Positions 49,275 to 62,418 are shown, counted from the first letter of the whole stretch. The stretch: DNA of 63,312 nt, filler included, from Asterionella formosa (GCA_002256025.1; 11 parts of 11 records of this genome joined end to end with filler, not necessarily neighbours in it), one strand, 5' to 3'. Numbers and translations are program-made. The notes: generated by a model from the sequence alone, not told the origin.

Positions 49275-50642
49275 TCAGATGGGGCAACCCAAAAACACAT
49301 CCCATGCAGTGCCAAAGGTTGGGGCATATATATTTGCTTGGATGATTGTGCTTTTGCCAGAGAAGGTTACATCAATAGATTGACTACCAGAAACTAATCC
49401 ACCAGTGTCAAAAATCCTTTTGCCCTCATAAACAATATAGAGTTGGTCAGGGATTGAATACATTTGGTATGTGACTGGAAAAGTTCCTGATGTCTTGAGC
49501 ATATCAATTGTCAAGGTTGTATTCCCCTGACCCCCAGATTCCTGTGTTGTTGGGCACTTAGCAATGCAAACATTTTCCATTTCATGATTCTTTTGACGAT
49601 CTTGTGCAATCTTATAAGCAGCTTGTCCAATTGGGCTGTTAACAGCCAAATAAAAGGCAAGTGCAATGATACCACAAGGTGCTTTTGAACCTACTGGCAA
49701 TTTCAAAGGTAAAGGGATTTTCAATCCGTTCGAGAATGGGGGGCACTGAAGTAGCATATCTGCCAAGAAGGCTGAGTTACATTGCGACATGGTATAAAAG
49801 CTTGATGACCAACAGAAATCATGATTGCAGCATGCACGGCCAAAGTCAAAGAGCAAAAAGTTTCCATCAAACTTCAGAAATTGAGAGTCTGCTGCGCCGC
49901 ACCCATTACTGCAGCTGTTTGTGCACTCGAAACAGTTGGCAGGGTCTCCAGTTGTTCCAACAAAGCAATTGGTGTAAGTGCAGCGACCATCACCGTTTTT
50001 GACTTGCCAAGATGAGTCACATGTTGATGTAGGAGCAATAGAAGTAAACACTGGAATTGGAGTTGTCGACAGTTTCCCCTCAAGGAATTGGAGCTGATTC
50101 ATGGTGCTCCCTTCACTTGGCATGACATAGTTGCTAGAGGTGACTCCTGAATGAGAGCAACCAGAAAGTGGCTCAAGGAATTGGGATGAAAAAGTTTGAT
50201 TCAATATTGTTTTGTCAAAGATTTCACCCATGGTGGCAAAAGTGGTCTTCAAAGTCTTCATTCCAGATGATGAAATAGAGACAGATAGGACCTTGCGAAA
50301 GAGTGGACTGCAAAGGGAACAACTCTCGATGTCACTAGGGTCGCCAACATGGACAAGGATAGTTCCCTTAGTGACATTTCCAGATCCTACCCCTTGAATT
50401 GTGACGGATGTGGAATTGCACGAGACAATCTGAAGATCCATTGTTGAAGTGGGATCTCCAATCAAAATGCCTGTATTTTTCGTAACTGGTGCACTTGAAC
50501 CTTTACCTTTACCTTTTCCCTTACCCTCAAGTTTCCGGCTTTTCACTTTGACTTTCTTGGTTTGCTGGATGGTGGTTGTAGCCTTGGCATGCCAGAGCAA
50601 CGCAAGTGTTGCTAAGAGGAGAATGTAAAAGTTGCGAACCAT
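49275..50642 (-). CDS. Secreted mosaic protein with a PLA2-like domain, 455 aa
   Basis: Signal peptide MVRNFYILLLATLALLWHAKA, RKL-EGKGKGKGKG, NGCG, ACCNHDFCW, C-terminal beta-rich SGGQG..YSIPD..FDTGGLVSGS..WDVFLGCP. Confidence 0.85.
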   Translation of the reverse strand: MVRNFYILLLATLALLWHAKATTTIQQTKKVKVKSRKLEGKGKGKGKGSSAPVTKNTGILIGDPTSTMDLQIVSCNSTSVTIQGVGSGNVTKGTILVHVGDPSDIESCSLCSPLFRKVLSVSISSSGMKTLKTTFATMGEIFDKTILNQTFSSQFLEPLSGCSHSGVTSSNYVMPSEGSTMNQLQFLEGKLSTTPIPVFTSIAPTSTCDSSWQVKNGDGRCTYTNCFVGTTGDPANCFECTNSCSNGCGAADSQFLKFDGNFLLFDFGRACCNHDFCWSSSFYTMSQCNSAFLADMLLQCPPFSNGLKIPLPLKLPVGSKAPCGIIALAFYLAVNSPIGQAAYKIAQDRQKNHEMENVCIAKCPTTQESGGQGNTTLTIDMLKTSGTFPVTYQMYSIPDQLYIVYEGKRIFDTGGLVSGSQSIDVTFSGKSTIIQANIYAPTFGTAWDVFLGCPI

Positions 50643-51028
50643 GATGAGCGGGTCGTGGATTCTTGTTGAGATGTAGAAGTAATATTGTGGGTTTATGATA
50701 AAAATTTGAGCCATCAAAAGTGAAGTGGCAGCAATTAATTAAAATATATCTTCGCTTACGCACTCCACTACCGGTATAGGTTTGCAATACAAATCTAGGC
50801 TTTGACTTTCATCCTCACAAACCAGGATCTTTATTGATTTTGTAGCTGAGTAGAAAAAGAAATTGAGGTACTTTCCTTATCACTTACATTTCCCTGGCTC
50901 TTGCGGAAGTTACATACGGTATTGTTGAAGTCGAGGTTCTTTGCTATTCTGGTTCCGTAAATCTTTCGGAATTTTGTGGAATCTTCAGCAGTTGTACGCA
51001 AATTCCAAAGCAATTCCCTGTATAGCCG

Positions 51029-51355
51029 TATCGTCTTGCCATTCGGGTACTTCTTAGTAATTTTTAGGCCTTTATGTAATTTCTTAAGTAATTTTTATTT
51101 AGGGCATTGCCGATTTTAGCATGATAGCCAGAATAACCGTAACATGCATAGATACCGGTGTGGTACAAAAGCATCAAACAGACGAGAATGATTGTAACAT
51201 GCAATATCAATGAAAATTGAACATGATGTTTGGAGCAACCAAAGTATGGCATGCAATGTAGCTATTAAATAGCATCAAATGAGAATTACAAAAAATTGTT
51301 TTGGGTTAGAAATGAAGCAAAACTAGCAGTTTCAGTGGAGACATGTGCATTATAG
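51029..51355 (+). mobile_element. Dispersed repeat (probable DNA-transposon end), second copy at 58128-58480
   Basis: Both begin TATCGTCTTGCCATTCGGGTACTTCT and align over ~330 bp. Confidence 0.8.
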
Positions 51356-51360
51356 TACTT

Positions 51361-51527
51361 ATACACAAGCAACATTGACTTTCCATCTCACATTAAAAGA
51401 CCAAAATAATACAGAAAAGAACAAAAAAGCTGAACCCAACTGATATACACAAGCAACATTGACTTTCCATCACACATTAAAAGACCAAAATAATACAGAA
51501 AAGAACAAAAAAGCTGAACCCAACTGA
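51361..51527 (+). repeat. 84-bp tandem duplication
   Basis: ATACACAAGCAACATTG...CCCAACTGA twice, one internal substitution. Confidence 0.95.
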
Positions 51528-53062
51528 GATCTGCATTGTTATGTAGCATAGCTGATCTGGTTGCTGCAACCATGTACATAGCTGTAGCAGCCTGACACAA
51601 GTAGCAATTCTTCTGCCCACAGTCATTCCTCCCACCAAACAACCCTGATCATTCCATTCCAAGCAAGCAAGCGTGATTGCCAGGCTACTCCAGCACTATT
51701 GACTCCCTCTAGGTGAATTTTATATGTAGCTTGTGATAAGAACTCATACTAGAAACAAGGTAGCAAAGCGCATTAGTACAAGAAACGTATTGCTTGGCGA
51801 CAATATTGACATCATGGTCAATGCCTATACAAATCAACAAGTAAGACAAGTAAGATCAACATCAATACATCTTCAAAGAGTAGGGATTGGAACATACATT
51901 GGCCCTTGTGTAGATAGATACAATCGAACCTAAATGACAGTACGGAATGACAAACAACAACAGAAGCAATCAAAACAGACCATGGAAGCGGCAATCAAAT
52001 TGGAAATTCGACAAATAGTGCATACCTACATTCCACATTTAGTGCTTCACTGTTGTACTCACCGATTCGCTCTATCTAGCATAACAAGCAGCAGACAATG
52101 AGATCTATCATAAGTCGAAAGGTTCCTGTTGCAACGGCAGGCAGGATATTGTTTCCTCAGGCGCCTGGCATCTACAGACAAGTAGCAACACAAGAGGTGT
52201 GCAATAACAAACAACAAGCACAACAAGTACACGACAGGCAAAATATGCATACTATTACAGAACAGGTGAATGCTACTGATCATTCGTTGACCAAATACAA
52301 CGATGTGCACGTGGATTCATTATGTGATGAATTAGAACAAACTATGGGAATAATTCTTACAAAGAATTATGATGGAATGGCAGAGTTGATGAACAAGCTG
52401 GATGCTGCAAATCGACGACATGTTAGAAGACAAGGTCAAGTCCATCAGTAAACAAAGGACCAGTCCACACACACGAGTACCCCATGTATAATAGCACAAA
52501 GGGGAGTATTAGGAGTTTACTATCTATAGGTCGAGAAGGATCAGAACAGTTGGAAAATTTCTGATTAAGAGAATATGAATATAGAATACATATGCTTGAC
52601 TACCACATCAATTTGAAACTTCCGTACGCCCTGTCCATGTATAAAAACATTTTCATACTTTATGAAGAGAGGAATGGATTGACCATCATTGGAGATCATT
52701 TCCATTTTCCATATTATTATCCTGCATTTCCGTTGAAGATATTGTTCCTGTTAACGATGGTTTCTGGTTAATGTGGTTAGCCAGCTCAGTTTCACTCTAC
52801 TAACCAACATCAATCATAAGACATGTTTCATTAATTATTCATATATATTTAATACATAACCAGGGTATGCCAGTATGTACACATCAGTGATGTGGTTGTC
52901 AGGATTAACAAGTAGCGGTACTCGGAGTAGAAAAAAGGACTGAAAGCGACACAACACTACCGGTACCGGTATTGAACTGTACATTCAGATACTGTAGGTC
53001 TAGTAGTGCATGATGATAAGTATGATGTTGGTCTACCGGGAATTATCGTTGATGATGGTATC

Positions 53063-53648
53063 TGTTGAGATGTTCCAGATCTCCTTGATAGTACTTACAC
53101 GTCTAGTGTCCAGTACTACTAGTTCTCCACTAGCTAGTTTTCGACAACACTTTAATCTACTTTTAGATTAACCTCTTTCAATGTTGTGATTACTTCAGAT
53201 TACTTTTTCTATCAATCTTACCAAATTCTATCAATCCTGCCAAATTACTTGGTCTTACCAAATTGATCTTGTTTCACGAATCTTACTTTCTTGGATTTGT
53301 TCTTCACCTCAATCCACTCTTTCTCATTGGTCGACTTCATACGATTTGCAATTCCAATTGTCTCAGTCTTATCATTTAATCTTGCATGTTGGACTTGCTC
53401 TGTAGGAATTGCTATTCCATTTACGAATCCCGCATATATTTTCCTGAACTGACCTTCTTGTTCCATGGAATTCCTCACCATGACTGTTGGTTGTGCAGAC
53501 TGTGCAGTCATTGCAGTACTTGATATACTACTGTCTGCTAACAGTAGTCGTTTATCCTCAACATCCTCCCTCCAACATTCAAGATTCCCATTTCTTATCC
53601 TTGCTGCATGCTTTGTGTGCAACTTCTCTGGACAGTTCTTGCTAAGTA
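53063..53648 (-). mobile_element. 3' end of a Ty1/copia element: RNase H tail, PPT (53573-53564) and 501-bp 3' LTR (53563-53063)
   Basis: LSKNCPEKLHTKH..WREDV; GGAGGGAGGA abutting TGTTGAG; LTR ends CTCAACA (perfect 7-bp inverted termini). Confidence 0.85.
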
Positions 53649-53748
53649 NNNNNNNNNNNNNNNNNNNNNNNNNNNNNNNNNNNNNNNNNNNNTTAATTAA
53701 TTAANNNNNNNNNNNNNNNNNNNNNNNNNNNNNNNNNNNNNNNNNNNN

Positions 53749-54856
53749 CTCCTCACTGCCATATTCTTCCATGATAGCTATGCTCTCTTACTCTCTGTCA
53801 CTGGAAAACCTGACAAGCAGATCACTCGGGACTCCCCAATACCCACTTCAGTTGCCTCGCTTCAATCATTTATCCAATTCAACAATTTTTCGTCTCTTCT
53901 CCGTGGTGGTTACACACTCCCAGACCATGTAGTCAAAGGCCGAATTCATCTTCGTACCTGTCAACCCATTCAATCTCTTCTAACTACAGTAACCACTTCC
54001 CACCCTCAATGGACATTGCGGAGCGACCGATTTCATGGAGATGTCCCGGTTGACTGTGGTTGGCTACTATACTTGTCCAAAAAGATGAATTGTCTTGCTA
54101 TACAATTGCAACTAACAGCACTGGCTTAGGCAGAGCTACAGATTGCAATCCCTTTTGTCTTCCTTTGGAGACAAGTCGATGGCCCTGGTCGTTATCCCTC
54201 CATCTCCACATATACTATTGTTATCTGCACTTCCCCACCCTATCAGTCCAATGCACGTCGTCTTCTCCAAGAAATCTTGTCACCTGATGAACAGTCAAAG
54301 TTCCCCACCAGGTACCCATTCCAACGCACCATGATTTTCCTTTCACCACACTTTTTAGGTTTATCAGACCAGTCATACGCTCAAAAGATGCAAGAGCAGC
54401 AAGAATTTCAAGCCAATGAACAGGCAGTCCGCATCACTGGTCTCCATCCCCTCACACATGTCTTTCCTGACACATTTGAAACCTTGGGCGGCGCACTTCT
54501 TAGCTTCCCTGAACCCTCTCCTGGCTCCCAATATCTTCTCCGTAGCATTGAAACAGATCCAGCCAATCCATCTGTACTCTATTTTTGCACTCACTATTCT
54601 AATGTTAGCTACCTAGAATCTCTTATAGAAACTCTCTTTCCAACTCTGTGACAAATCTATCCAACCCTGACCCCCGAAGATGTCTGGCTGGCACCCGACC
54701 ACCACCACACCACTCAAACATTGGAAGATCTCCTTTCTCACTCCAACACAACTCTCTCTCATCTTCTCGATTTCACCCCCTATGGCCTTTCTGAAACGCC
54801 GGCTCTCCCCAACCCAACCTCCCACAATAGGTCACGACCTGTCTCACGCTATGGTA
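53749..54856 (+). pseudogene. Interrupted coding-like sequence, possibly non-LTR retrotransposon ORF1
   Basis: C-rich strand with long broken frames including GWLLYLS; no diagnostic domain seen. Confidence 0.3.
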
Positions 54857-55844
54857 NNNNNNNNNNNNNNNNNNNNNNNNNNNNNNNNNNNNNNNNNNNN
54901 TTAATTAATTAANNNNNNNNNNNNNNNNNNNNNNNNNNNNNNNNNNNNNNNNNNNNCTTCTTCCCCTGCCTTGGCTGAGTTGACCATGCATATTCTCAAA
55001 AAAAGAACAGGTCCTGCTGAGACAAGCAAGGAGGAGAGCATGGCACCAACTTGACCCAATTTTGTTTTTGTCCAACAAAATCAGAGAGGGCTCACAACAC
55101 ACAACATCAACATTTACTCTACAGTGGTGGTTGGTCAATGCCACTTGCATTATTCATGCATAAACATTGATGGTGCTCTGACATGATATGACTGCAAATG
55201 GTACTATCCAAAGGAATGTAGACTGCTCCTCCTAGTAATAGTAGTATACATACTATGATATTTGGTACCTGGTGGAGGTGAACACTTTTTCGCACAAAGT
55301 ATAAAGGCAAGAATAAAAAAGACTACACAAGCAAGTATTCAATCAGAGCAGCAAGGAATCACCTGCCCTAGCTAGTAGTAAATCTACCTAGGTTTCCGAG
55401 GTCTCTTTTGGGAATTAGGAACAAAAAGTGTCAACATGGCGAAAGAGCAAACACTCATATCGGTCATGACAATACAACCACCAAGCGACCAACATCATCT
55501 GTGAAATGACACACCAATGTAAATATGATCAAGATCGAACAAGATTACAGTGTTGCTTCAACCAAAATCATTCATTCAAATTCATAAGAAAGAAGCAAAT
55601 ATAGTCCTTACTAGCTACTAGGATCATGCGAGGTCATTGTAGGATGTTGCATCCTGTCAACAGGAAGGGTCTTTGATCGTTCCCCTGTGTTCCCCACCCT
55701 TCTGTTCAAATATTCCCTGCCTCTTTATTGGGAACAATGGTGGTGGCATGATCATTATTGCTGCTCATCATCATCTGCCAGCCCCCTTACAGCATAATTG
55801 ATGAGGGTGCTGGTGGTGTTCAAGGCAATGGTTTCCTGGTGCGG

Positions 55845-56064
55845 CATCTAAGCCAGCATGCATGTATTATGCAAGGTGACTTTCATGCAAATGAGCCTTG
55901 TTTGTTTTGAATGGATCACATGAACTAATTGAATAGCTAGCTAGCTAGTAGCTTCATCAAAATGCGCACTTGAATACAGCAACGTGGTGTTTTCTGAACA
56001 ATACATCACCTTCATTACTTAATCAAAATATCATGCACCATGCAGTACTGATCATCACTATATT
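55845..56064 (-). mobile_element. Diverged copy 4 of the Helitron-like repeat
   Basis: CATCTAAGCC...TTTTGAATG.ATCACATGAA...TGATCATCACTATATT. Confidence 0.6.
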
Positions 56065-56983
56065 NNNNNNNNNNNNNNNNNNNNNNNNNNNNNNNNNNNN
56101 NNNNNNNNTTAATTAATTAANNNNNNNNNNNNNNNNNNNNNNNNNNNNNNNNNNNNNNNNNNNNACAGGTGAATGCATTCCTTTTATGACGTCATGTACA
56201 AAGCCTTGAAGATTCATCATGTAATAGCAGGGAATAGGACCGTATGTGCACTATAATCTAGACAATCAAAGGCAAAATGAAGACTGTAGTATATAATAGA
56301 GATGAATACCATCAGGTCTGTTGGGTGTTGTGGTGGTGGACAACTGGAGGATGCAATCCAGGTGAATAAAATACTGGATTGTGACCTCACACAACAGGAC
56401 ATATGTACTCCAATGCAAAATGCTAGTGATAGAACTGTTTTAAAACACAAACAAGAGAAATGAAGAACAACAATGTACTGAGGTAACAACTGTAGTGCTG
56501 AAAATTTTATTGTAGACCAATATGAAACAAAAATAACATAACATTGTCTTGGTTGTCCCCATAAGGCATAATCCAAGACAAGATGATATTCTTCTGTTGA
56601 TGAATCCTTCCTCTTGTGCTTGTTGCTGAGAATAGGATTAGCAAAAAGGGGATCTTCTGCCTTGGTTTACTACATTGGTTCTTTCGATGCTGGACAAGAA
56701 GCAAAACTCGAAAAAAGTTCAGAAGCATTTATATGTAGTTGCCAATTTTGAATTTATAAATATGATCACAATCTCTGTAAAGTGAAAATAAGTATGTTCT
56801 CCACCTTGCAAGAAAAACGTGACATCATGGTGCTATTGGTGAGTTCAATTTTCGTTTACAATATTAGTGTTCGTAAAATATTTATTTTGCAATTGCATCT
56901 TTCTGTTTAGAACTTGATCTATGAATCAAATAGGAAAGCGTCGTTCTTAATTTTCGAGGAGATATTCGATATATTCGTCATTA

Positions 56984-57272
56984 CATCTAAGCCGCGTATT
57001 ACGTGAAGTGACCATCACATAAATAAGCCTAGTTGATTTTGAATGCATCACATGAATTAGTTGAATACATCAAAATACGTAGTTGAATATATCTATATAT
57101 TATCTGAATACATCACGTTAAATATTTGATCAAAGTATCATGCATGCATTCCTGATCATCACTATATTATGTGATCACCTTCACATAATTATTTGAAATA
57201 CTTCACATAATTATTTGAAATACTTCACATAATTATTTGAAATACTTCACATAATTATTTGAAATACTTCAC
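56984..57272 (-). mobile_element. Helitron-like repeat, copy 3, with 22-bp tandem units
   Basis: Essentially identical to the start of 35396-35739; contig ends in the tandem array. Confidence 0.7.
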
Positions 57273-58127
57273 NNNNNNNNNNNNNNNNNNNNNNNNNNNN
57301 NNNNNNNNNNNNNNNNTTAATTAATTAANNNNNNNNNNNNNNNNNNNNNNNNNNNNNNNNNNNNNNNNNNNNTTTTTGAACTGGAACTCTATCAATGTGG
57401 TGCCAATTTCTACTACATAGTTTAAAAATTACGAACTATATTTGTATCATGGGAATACACAGAAACAACTTCCCTGTTCCACAGCAATTTTACAACCCTA
57501 GCAATGTTTTCTCCAAACTAGCTAGTAGGGTTAAGCGGGGGCCACAACCTCAAGTCTAAAATGTGGCCAAGATTGGCTGACAAATGAAAGAAATCGTTTT
57601 CGATCGACCCCTCATTTCCTTTATTTTGATTGCAGTGACAAAATGAAATCGAAATCCCAATTTGGAGTCTGAATTCGGTACTAAATGACTCCAAATTGGG
57701 TACTTTTCGGCTCCTCCTGTGTACTTCTTTGACTAAAGACTGTATCTAAGCATATGGAAAGGGTACCCAACGGTGAACAAAGCTCCAAGTAGCGATACAC
57801 ATATTTTTTTAGACGTGAAAAGTGTCTTTTTGATCACAGTCTGAATTGCTATTAATTTTTTAACCCTACCTCGAGCTATCGTAGGGGTTCCAATGCAGGA
57901 ATCTTAACATTTAGGCCTTGCCCTTCTAAACTCCTCCCTATTGAGCTTATCCGGTTCGTCATGCTCACGAGGAAAAATTCTTCGCCTGATGATGTCATAT
58001 CATCGATGTCTCTACCGGTATATCCCTACATTACGAATGCGCGCGCCGGCATTCGTTCACCCCCTTCATCTTTTTTATGAGTATGTACAGTATTTCTATC
58101 ATTTAAATAAGCAATTCCCGCTCCAGC

Positions 58128-58480
58128 TATCGTCTTGCCATTCGGGTACTTCTAAGTAATTTTTAGGCTCTAAGTAATTTCTTAAGTAATTTTTATTTAA
58201 GGGCAATATGGGGCACATCGAATTTTTCGGCAATAAAATTGCCGATTTTAGCATGACAACCAAAATAACGGTAATATGCATGGAGATGGTACAACAAGCG
58301 TAAAACACACGAGAATGATTGTAACATGCAACATCAATGAAAATTGAACATGATGTTTGGAGCAACCAAAGTATGAAATGCGATGTAATAAGTAGCATCA
58401 AATGAGAAATAGAAAAAATTGTTTTGGGTTAGAAATGAAATAAAAAATAAGAGTTCCAATGGAGACGTATGCATTGTGAA
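58128..58480 (+). mobile_element. Copy of the 51029-51355 repeat
   Basis: Direct alignment by eye. Confidence 0.8.
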
Positions 58481-58880
58481 NNNNNNNNNNNNNNNNNNNN
58501 NNNNNNNNNNNNNNNNNNNNNNNNTTAATTAATTAANNNNNNNNNNNNNNNNNNNNNNNNNNNNNNNNNNNNNNNNNNNNCCCAAAGATTGACCCTGAGT
58601 TGACACAACATCGTTGGGATGTACCGTCGCTTTCCCTCTGTTGCTCTTTTTATGGAAACCAGAGAAGATGATAAGGTCCACAATAATCTCGCCTTGACAT
58701 CATGTATACTGAGCGAAGGTCGATGGGTGATCATTCAAGTGCGCAAATGCGCTCTGTATCATCGAATTACAGCGCCGTAGAACGCCGACAGCTTTGGTTG
58801 AGGCATCAGAGTGCGTTGATTCGAACAAAATAATGTGCATGTGTATGAGTAGCAGCCGTCACGGCAGTGTCAACGAGCCA

Positions 58881-59010
58881 ACTGATTTCCGTGTAGCAAA
58901 AAATATTGGTGGTTTGTATGAAGGCTATGTAGGCTAGGGTTTCAGGGTTCATAAAAAGAGGGGGACGAAATATCGAAATAGGGGGACGAAATATCTTTTT
59001 CCTATATATA
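58881..59010 (+). repeat. Dispersed repeat shared with 62419-62530
   Basis: CTGATTTCCRTGTAGCAAAAAATATTGGTGG...GACGAAATATCTTTTTCC in both. Confidence 0.85.
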
Positions 59011-59822
59011 TAAAAGAAATAGAAATGTTATAATATGTGCCGGAGTAGTAAGACACGACCGAGGGTGGAGACTGCCTGCGAGTATACTTGTGTTCGAGGC
59101 AATTCACAAACTAACTGAGCATAGCTATCGGCGGGATTTTCGACACTACATCACCCTTTCTGTGAAGGTTGCTGCATTTGAACCCCTAGGCAAAAATTAA
59201 AATATTGCTTAGGGTTGCGAAAATTCCCTGGAATTAAGAATTTAATTAGCTATTTTTGAATGACGTGATTCCATTTGAAATATTTGAATCAGTGGAAATT
59301 TGCGAATACGTACATAGATTCCTTGTCAAAATCGCTAAATATATATATTGACACTCTCAGTCGCTGTATGTATATATATGCTAAAAATACGATCAACAAG
59401 TATGCATGGACACTCTATACTCCGATTAACGATTTTATATGCTATGCATTGAATCCGTTCGACATATTCAAATCGTTTAATATACACATATATAAATAAA
59501 TATATATATTTAGGTTCTACATCGCTTCATGTGCATACACAAGTACTACAATGTATACTCGTATCGACGAATATGGGTCATGTATACGACCCGGCGGCTC
59601 GGCAAATATTTGAAAGTGCACCCAAGGAGCGGTACGCGTACCGGTATGTCCAATGATGATCATCTACTGGTACCCGTCGTGAATATAGNNNNNNNNNNNN
59701 NNNNNNNNNNNNNNNNNNNNNNNNNNNNNNNNTTAATTAATTAANNNNNNNNNNNNNNNNNNNNNNNNNNNNNNNNNNNNNNNNNNNNCGTCCACTTTAA
59801 GGCCACAGGCTACTCAGGAACG

Positions 59823-60896
59823 ATGGGAAGTGACGAAGACACGTCAGTGAGGTTGCCGACATTCGATGGGCAAGATGCTAAATGGCACATGTGGAAAGCG
59901 AAGTTTCTTGCATACGCGTGCTACAAGAACTTTCAAGAAATACTTAACGGTGACGAACTACCAAGAGGAGAGAAAGACCTAAAGGGCGATACGATCGTGT
60001 TGTCGGATGCTGACGAGAGACGCATCCGAAGGAGCAACACAGTTGCTTACGCAAGTCTGATAATGGCATGCCAGAGTGGGCCATTCGGACACGTAAATAA
60101 TGCAAGAAGTGCCGAGTTTCCTAACGGCAATGCTAAAGAAGCATGGGACAAGCTCATTTCGACGTATGAGTCAGGCAACATGGCGAATGTCATTGCCTTG
60201 TCCCACCAATGGACGAAGTGCACTCTAGGGGAAAACGAGAACCCCGACAGCTGGTATGTGGAGTTGGATCGAATCCGGGAACGATTGGGCAATACAAGCT
60301 CTGCCGTTTCGGATGGTGCCTATGTGGCACACATGATCAACAACCTACCTGAAAGCTACAAGAGTTTGGTAGTAGGAAGATTCGGCCTGGCGCGCAACAC
60401 GCTAACGGTCGAAGAGATTAAGACAGACATCCGGGACTACTACGATCTATATGTCCGGGATGACGTCAAAACGACTGACAAGAACAAGAGTGAACAGGCC
60501 TTCTACACGAAAGGGAAGTTCAAAGGTGACTGTCGTAAGTGTGGCAAGTATGGCCACAGGGCGGCTGAATGTCGCAGCAAGGGCAATAGTGCCGACAAGA
60601 AGGAGCTCACTCCTGAGCAGAAAGAAAAGAGGAAAACGATTAAGTGTTTCAAGTGCCAACGCATGGGACACTACGCAAGTGAGTGCACCAGTAACAGTGC
60701 ATCTAAGAATAATAGAAACGAAGAAAACAACACGACTACATCTACCCAGCATGGAATGTTCGTCGCCAGCACGTGCGTCGAAATTAGTTACAACGAGGAA
60801 GTCAACCTCGCTCGTGACGTCAGAAATCGCTGGTTGTTAGACAGCGGTGCTACCGTTCACATCTGCACGGACGTGCGCATGATGGAAGACAAGAAA
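59823..60896 (+). CDS. Ty1/copia gag-pol polyprotein, N-terminal part (gag, two CCHC knuckles, protease), truncated by contig end
   Basis: LPTFDG..WKAKF, NNLPESY, CRKCGKYGHRAAEC, CFKCQRMGHYASEC, WLLDSGATVHI, one open frame. Confidence 0.93.
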
Positions 60897-60996
60897 NNNN
60901 NNNNNNNNNNNNNNNNNNNNNNNNNNNNNNNNNNNNNNNNTTAATTAATTAANNNNNNNNNNNNNNNNNNNNNNNNNNNNNNNNNNNNNNNNNNNN

Positions 60997-61337
60997 TGAT
61001 GCTGCCCTGCAAAAGTGTAAAACGTAAAGTAATAAGAAAATAATTTTTGTAGTATTAACGGAGTAAAAATAGACACGGTTTGGGGGGAAAATATATACAT
61101 GTACAGATAGAAAAATATGCACTGTAAGCCACCGCTATGCAATAATCTTAGTGACTTTGGAAAAATTATTTCTTCATGGCTAGATACACTGAATCAAAAC
61201 TGATTCCTTAATAGTATAGCAGAGAGCATTGTCTAACATAAGCTTTGTACTTGCGTCAAGTTTTGATCGTTGAATTACATAAATATTTTTAGTCGAAAGA
61301 TAGAGTAAAATAGCGGTGGCTTACAGTTTTTAAGTGG
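60997..61337 (+). mobile_element. Right half of the MITE family at 16478-17221
   Basis: Aligns to 16875-17221; ends TAGCGGTGGCTTACAGTTTTTAAGTGG|TA. Confidence 0.8.
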
Positions 61338-61544
61338 TACCCTGGTACCATGATTCTGTGTACCTCAACCGGACAATCGTCCGGTATTTGAGAAAATGAT
61401 CGAACTCTTGTTCATCAAGACGAACACGGTGAAGGAAAAGGAAAAGTGAACAAGAACAAGAACAAGAAGAAGGCAAGAAAGAAGCAACTAGTAGACTATC
61501 ATTGCTAGGGGGGAGTGATGAATCATCAGAACACCATTTGTTAG

Positions 61545-62104
61545 AGAATTCGAATATGGGGCAAAATCAGAAGGCTACTGGTCCTATCAGCACATGGTAT
61601 TGCAGCTCAAAGATTGCATTGATGTTCTCAAAGTACTCTACCCTCAATTCGATTTCTTGTTTCTTTTAGATCACTCCCATGGGCATGACTGTCAGAAAGA
61701 AGATGGCTTAAATGTGGAACAAATGACTAAGTCCTATGGAGGTGCCCAAAAACGGTTGAAGAAAATGGCAAACACATGGTTACCTGGGACCTCACTTACC
61801 TTAGCTGGAAAAAACGCAATCAATGCAATCAATGTTATTCAGAATAGATGACACCGGACCATTCTGGATGACTAAGGCTGAACGAGATCAAAAGCGCCAT
61901 GACTTGGTACTGAAAGGGCAAACAATCACAAGACAAGACACAAAGGATGAGCTCCTTAAACAACTAAGGCAAAGAGCAATGTTAGCAAAGGGTAAGAAGC
62001 AAGTAAAACAGTCTAAGGCGCAAGAACACAACTTACCAAGAATTGAAGAGACTAAAGCAAAAGATATCAAAGGATGGGAAAATAAACCAAACGGTCTGTT
62101 GCAG
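61545..62104 (+). pseudogene. IS630/Tc1/mariner-superfamily transposase fragment
   Basis: FEYGAKSEGYWSYQHMVLQLKDC, FLFLLDHSHGHD..DGL, GGAQ, GPFWM, GWENKPNGLLQ; frameshifted. Confidence 0.7.
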
Positions 62105-62204
62105 NNNNNNNNNNNNNNNNNNNNNNNNNNNNNNNNNNNNNNNNNNNNTTAATTAATTAANNNNNNNNNNNNNNNNNNNNNNNNNNNNNNNNNNNNNNNN
62201 NNNN

Positions 62205-62418
62205 CATTTAGTTTAGCTTATAATTTAATTTGAGATTTAGATTATCAACCGAGGAAACAGTGTGTTAATTGACAGGAAGGTCAATTAGTCTATCTAGCAG
62301 GAAGGCTAGAAGCAGAGACAAGAGAGAAAGTAAGTGGTACTAGGTAGTACTACGATCACGTAAGAGTCTACGTGAAGAGAGACCCAACCCGCGGGAAGGA
62401 GTACGGACCATTTCAACA
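62205..62418. repeat. Probable LTR end inserted into the 58881-type repeat
   Basis: Ends TTTCAACA exactly where homology to 58881 begins. Confidence 0.45.

Noticed and set aside
42111..50642. Possible functional cluster (methyltransferase-like, acetate transporter, glycosyltransferase, secreted protein)
   Set aside because: Mixed orientations, repeat-filled spacers, weak functional calls and no evidence of co-regulation.
59180..59217. Hairpin ACCCCTAGGCAA...TTGCTTAGGGT
   Set aside because: Single imperfect stem with no associated gene or second copy.
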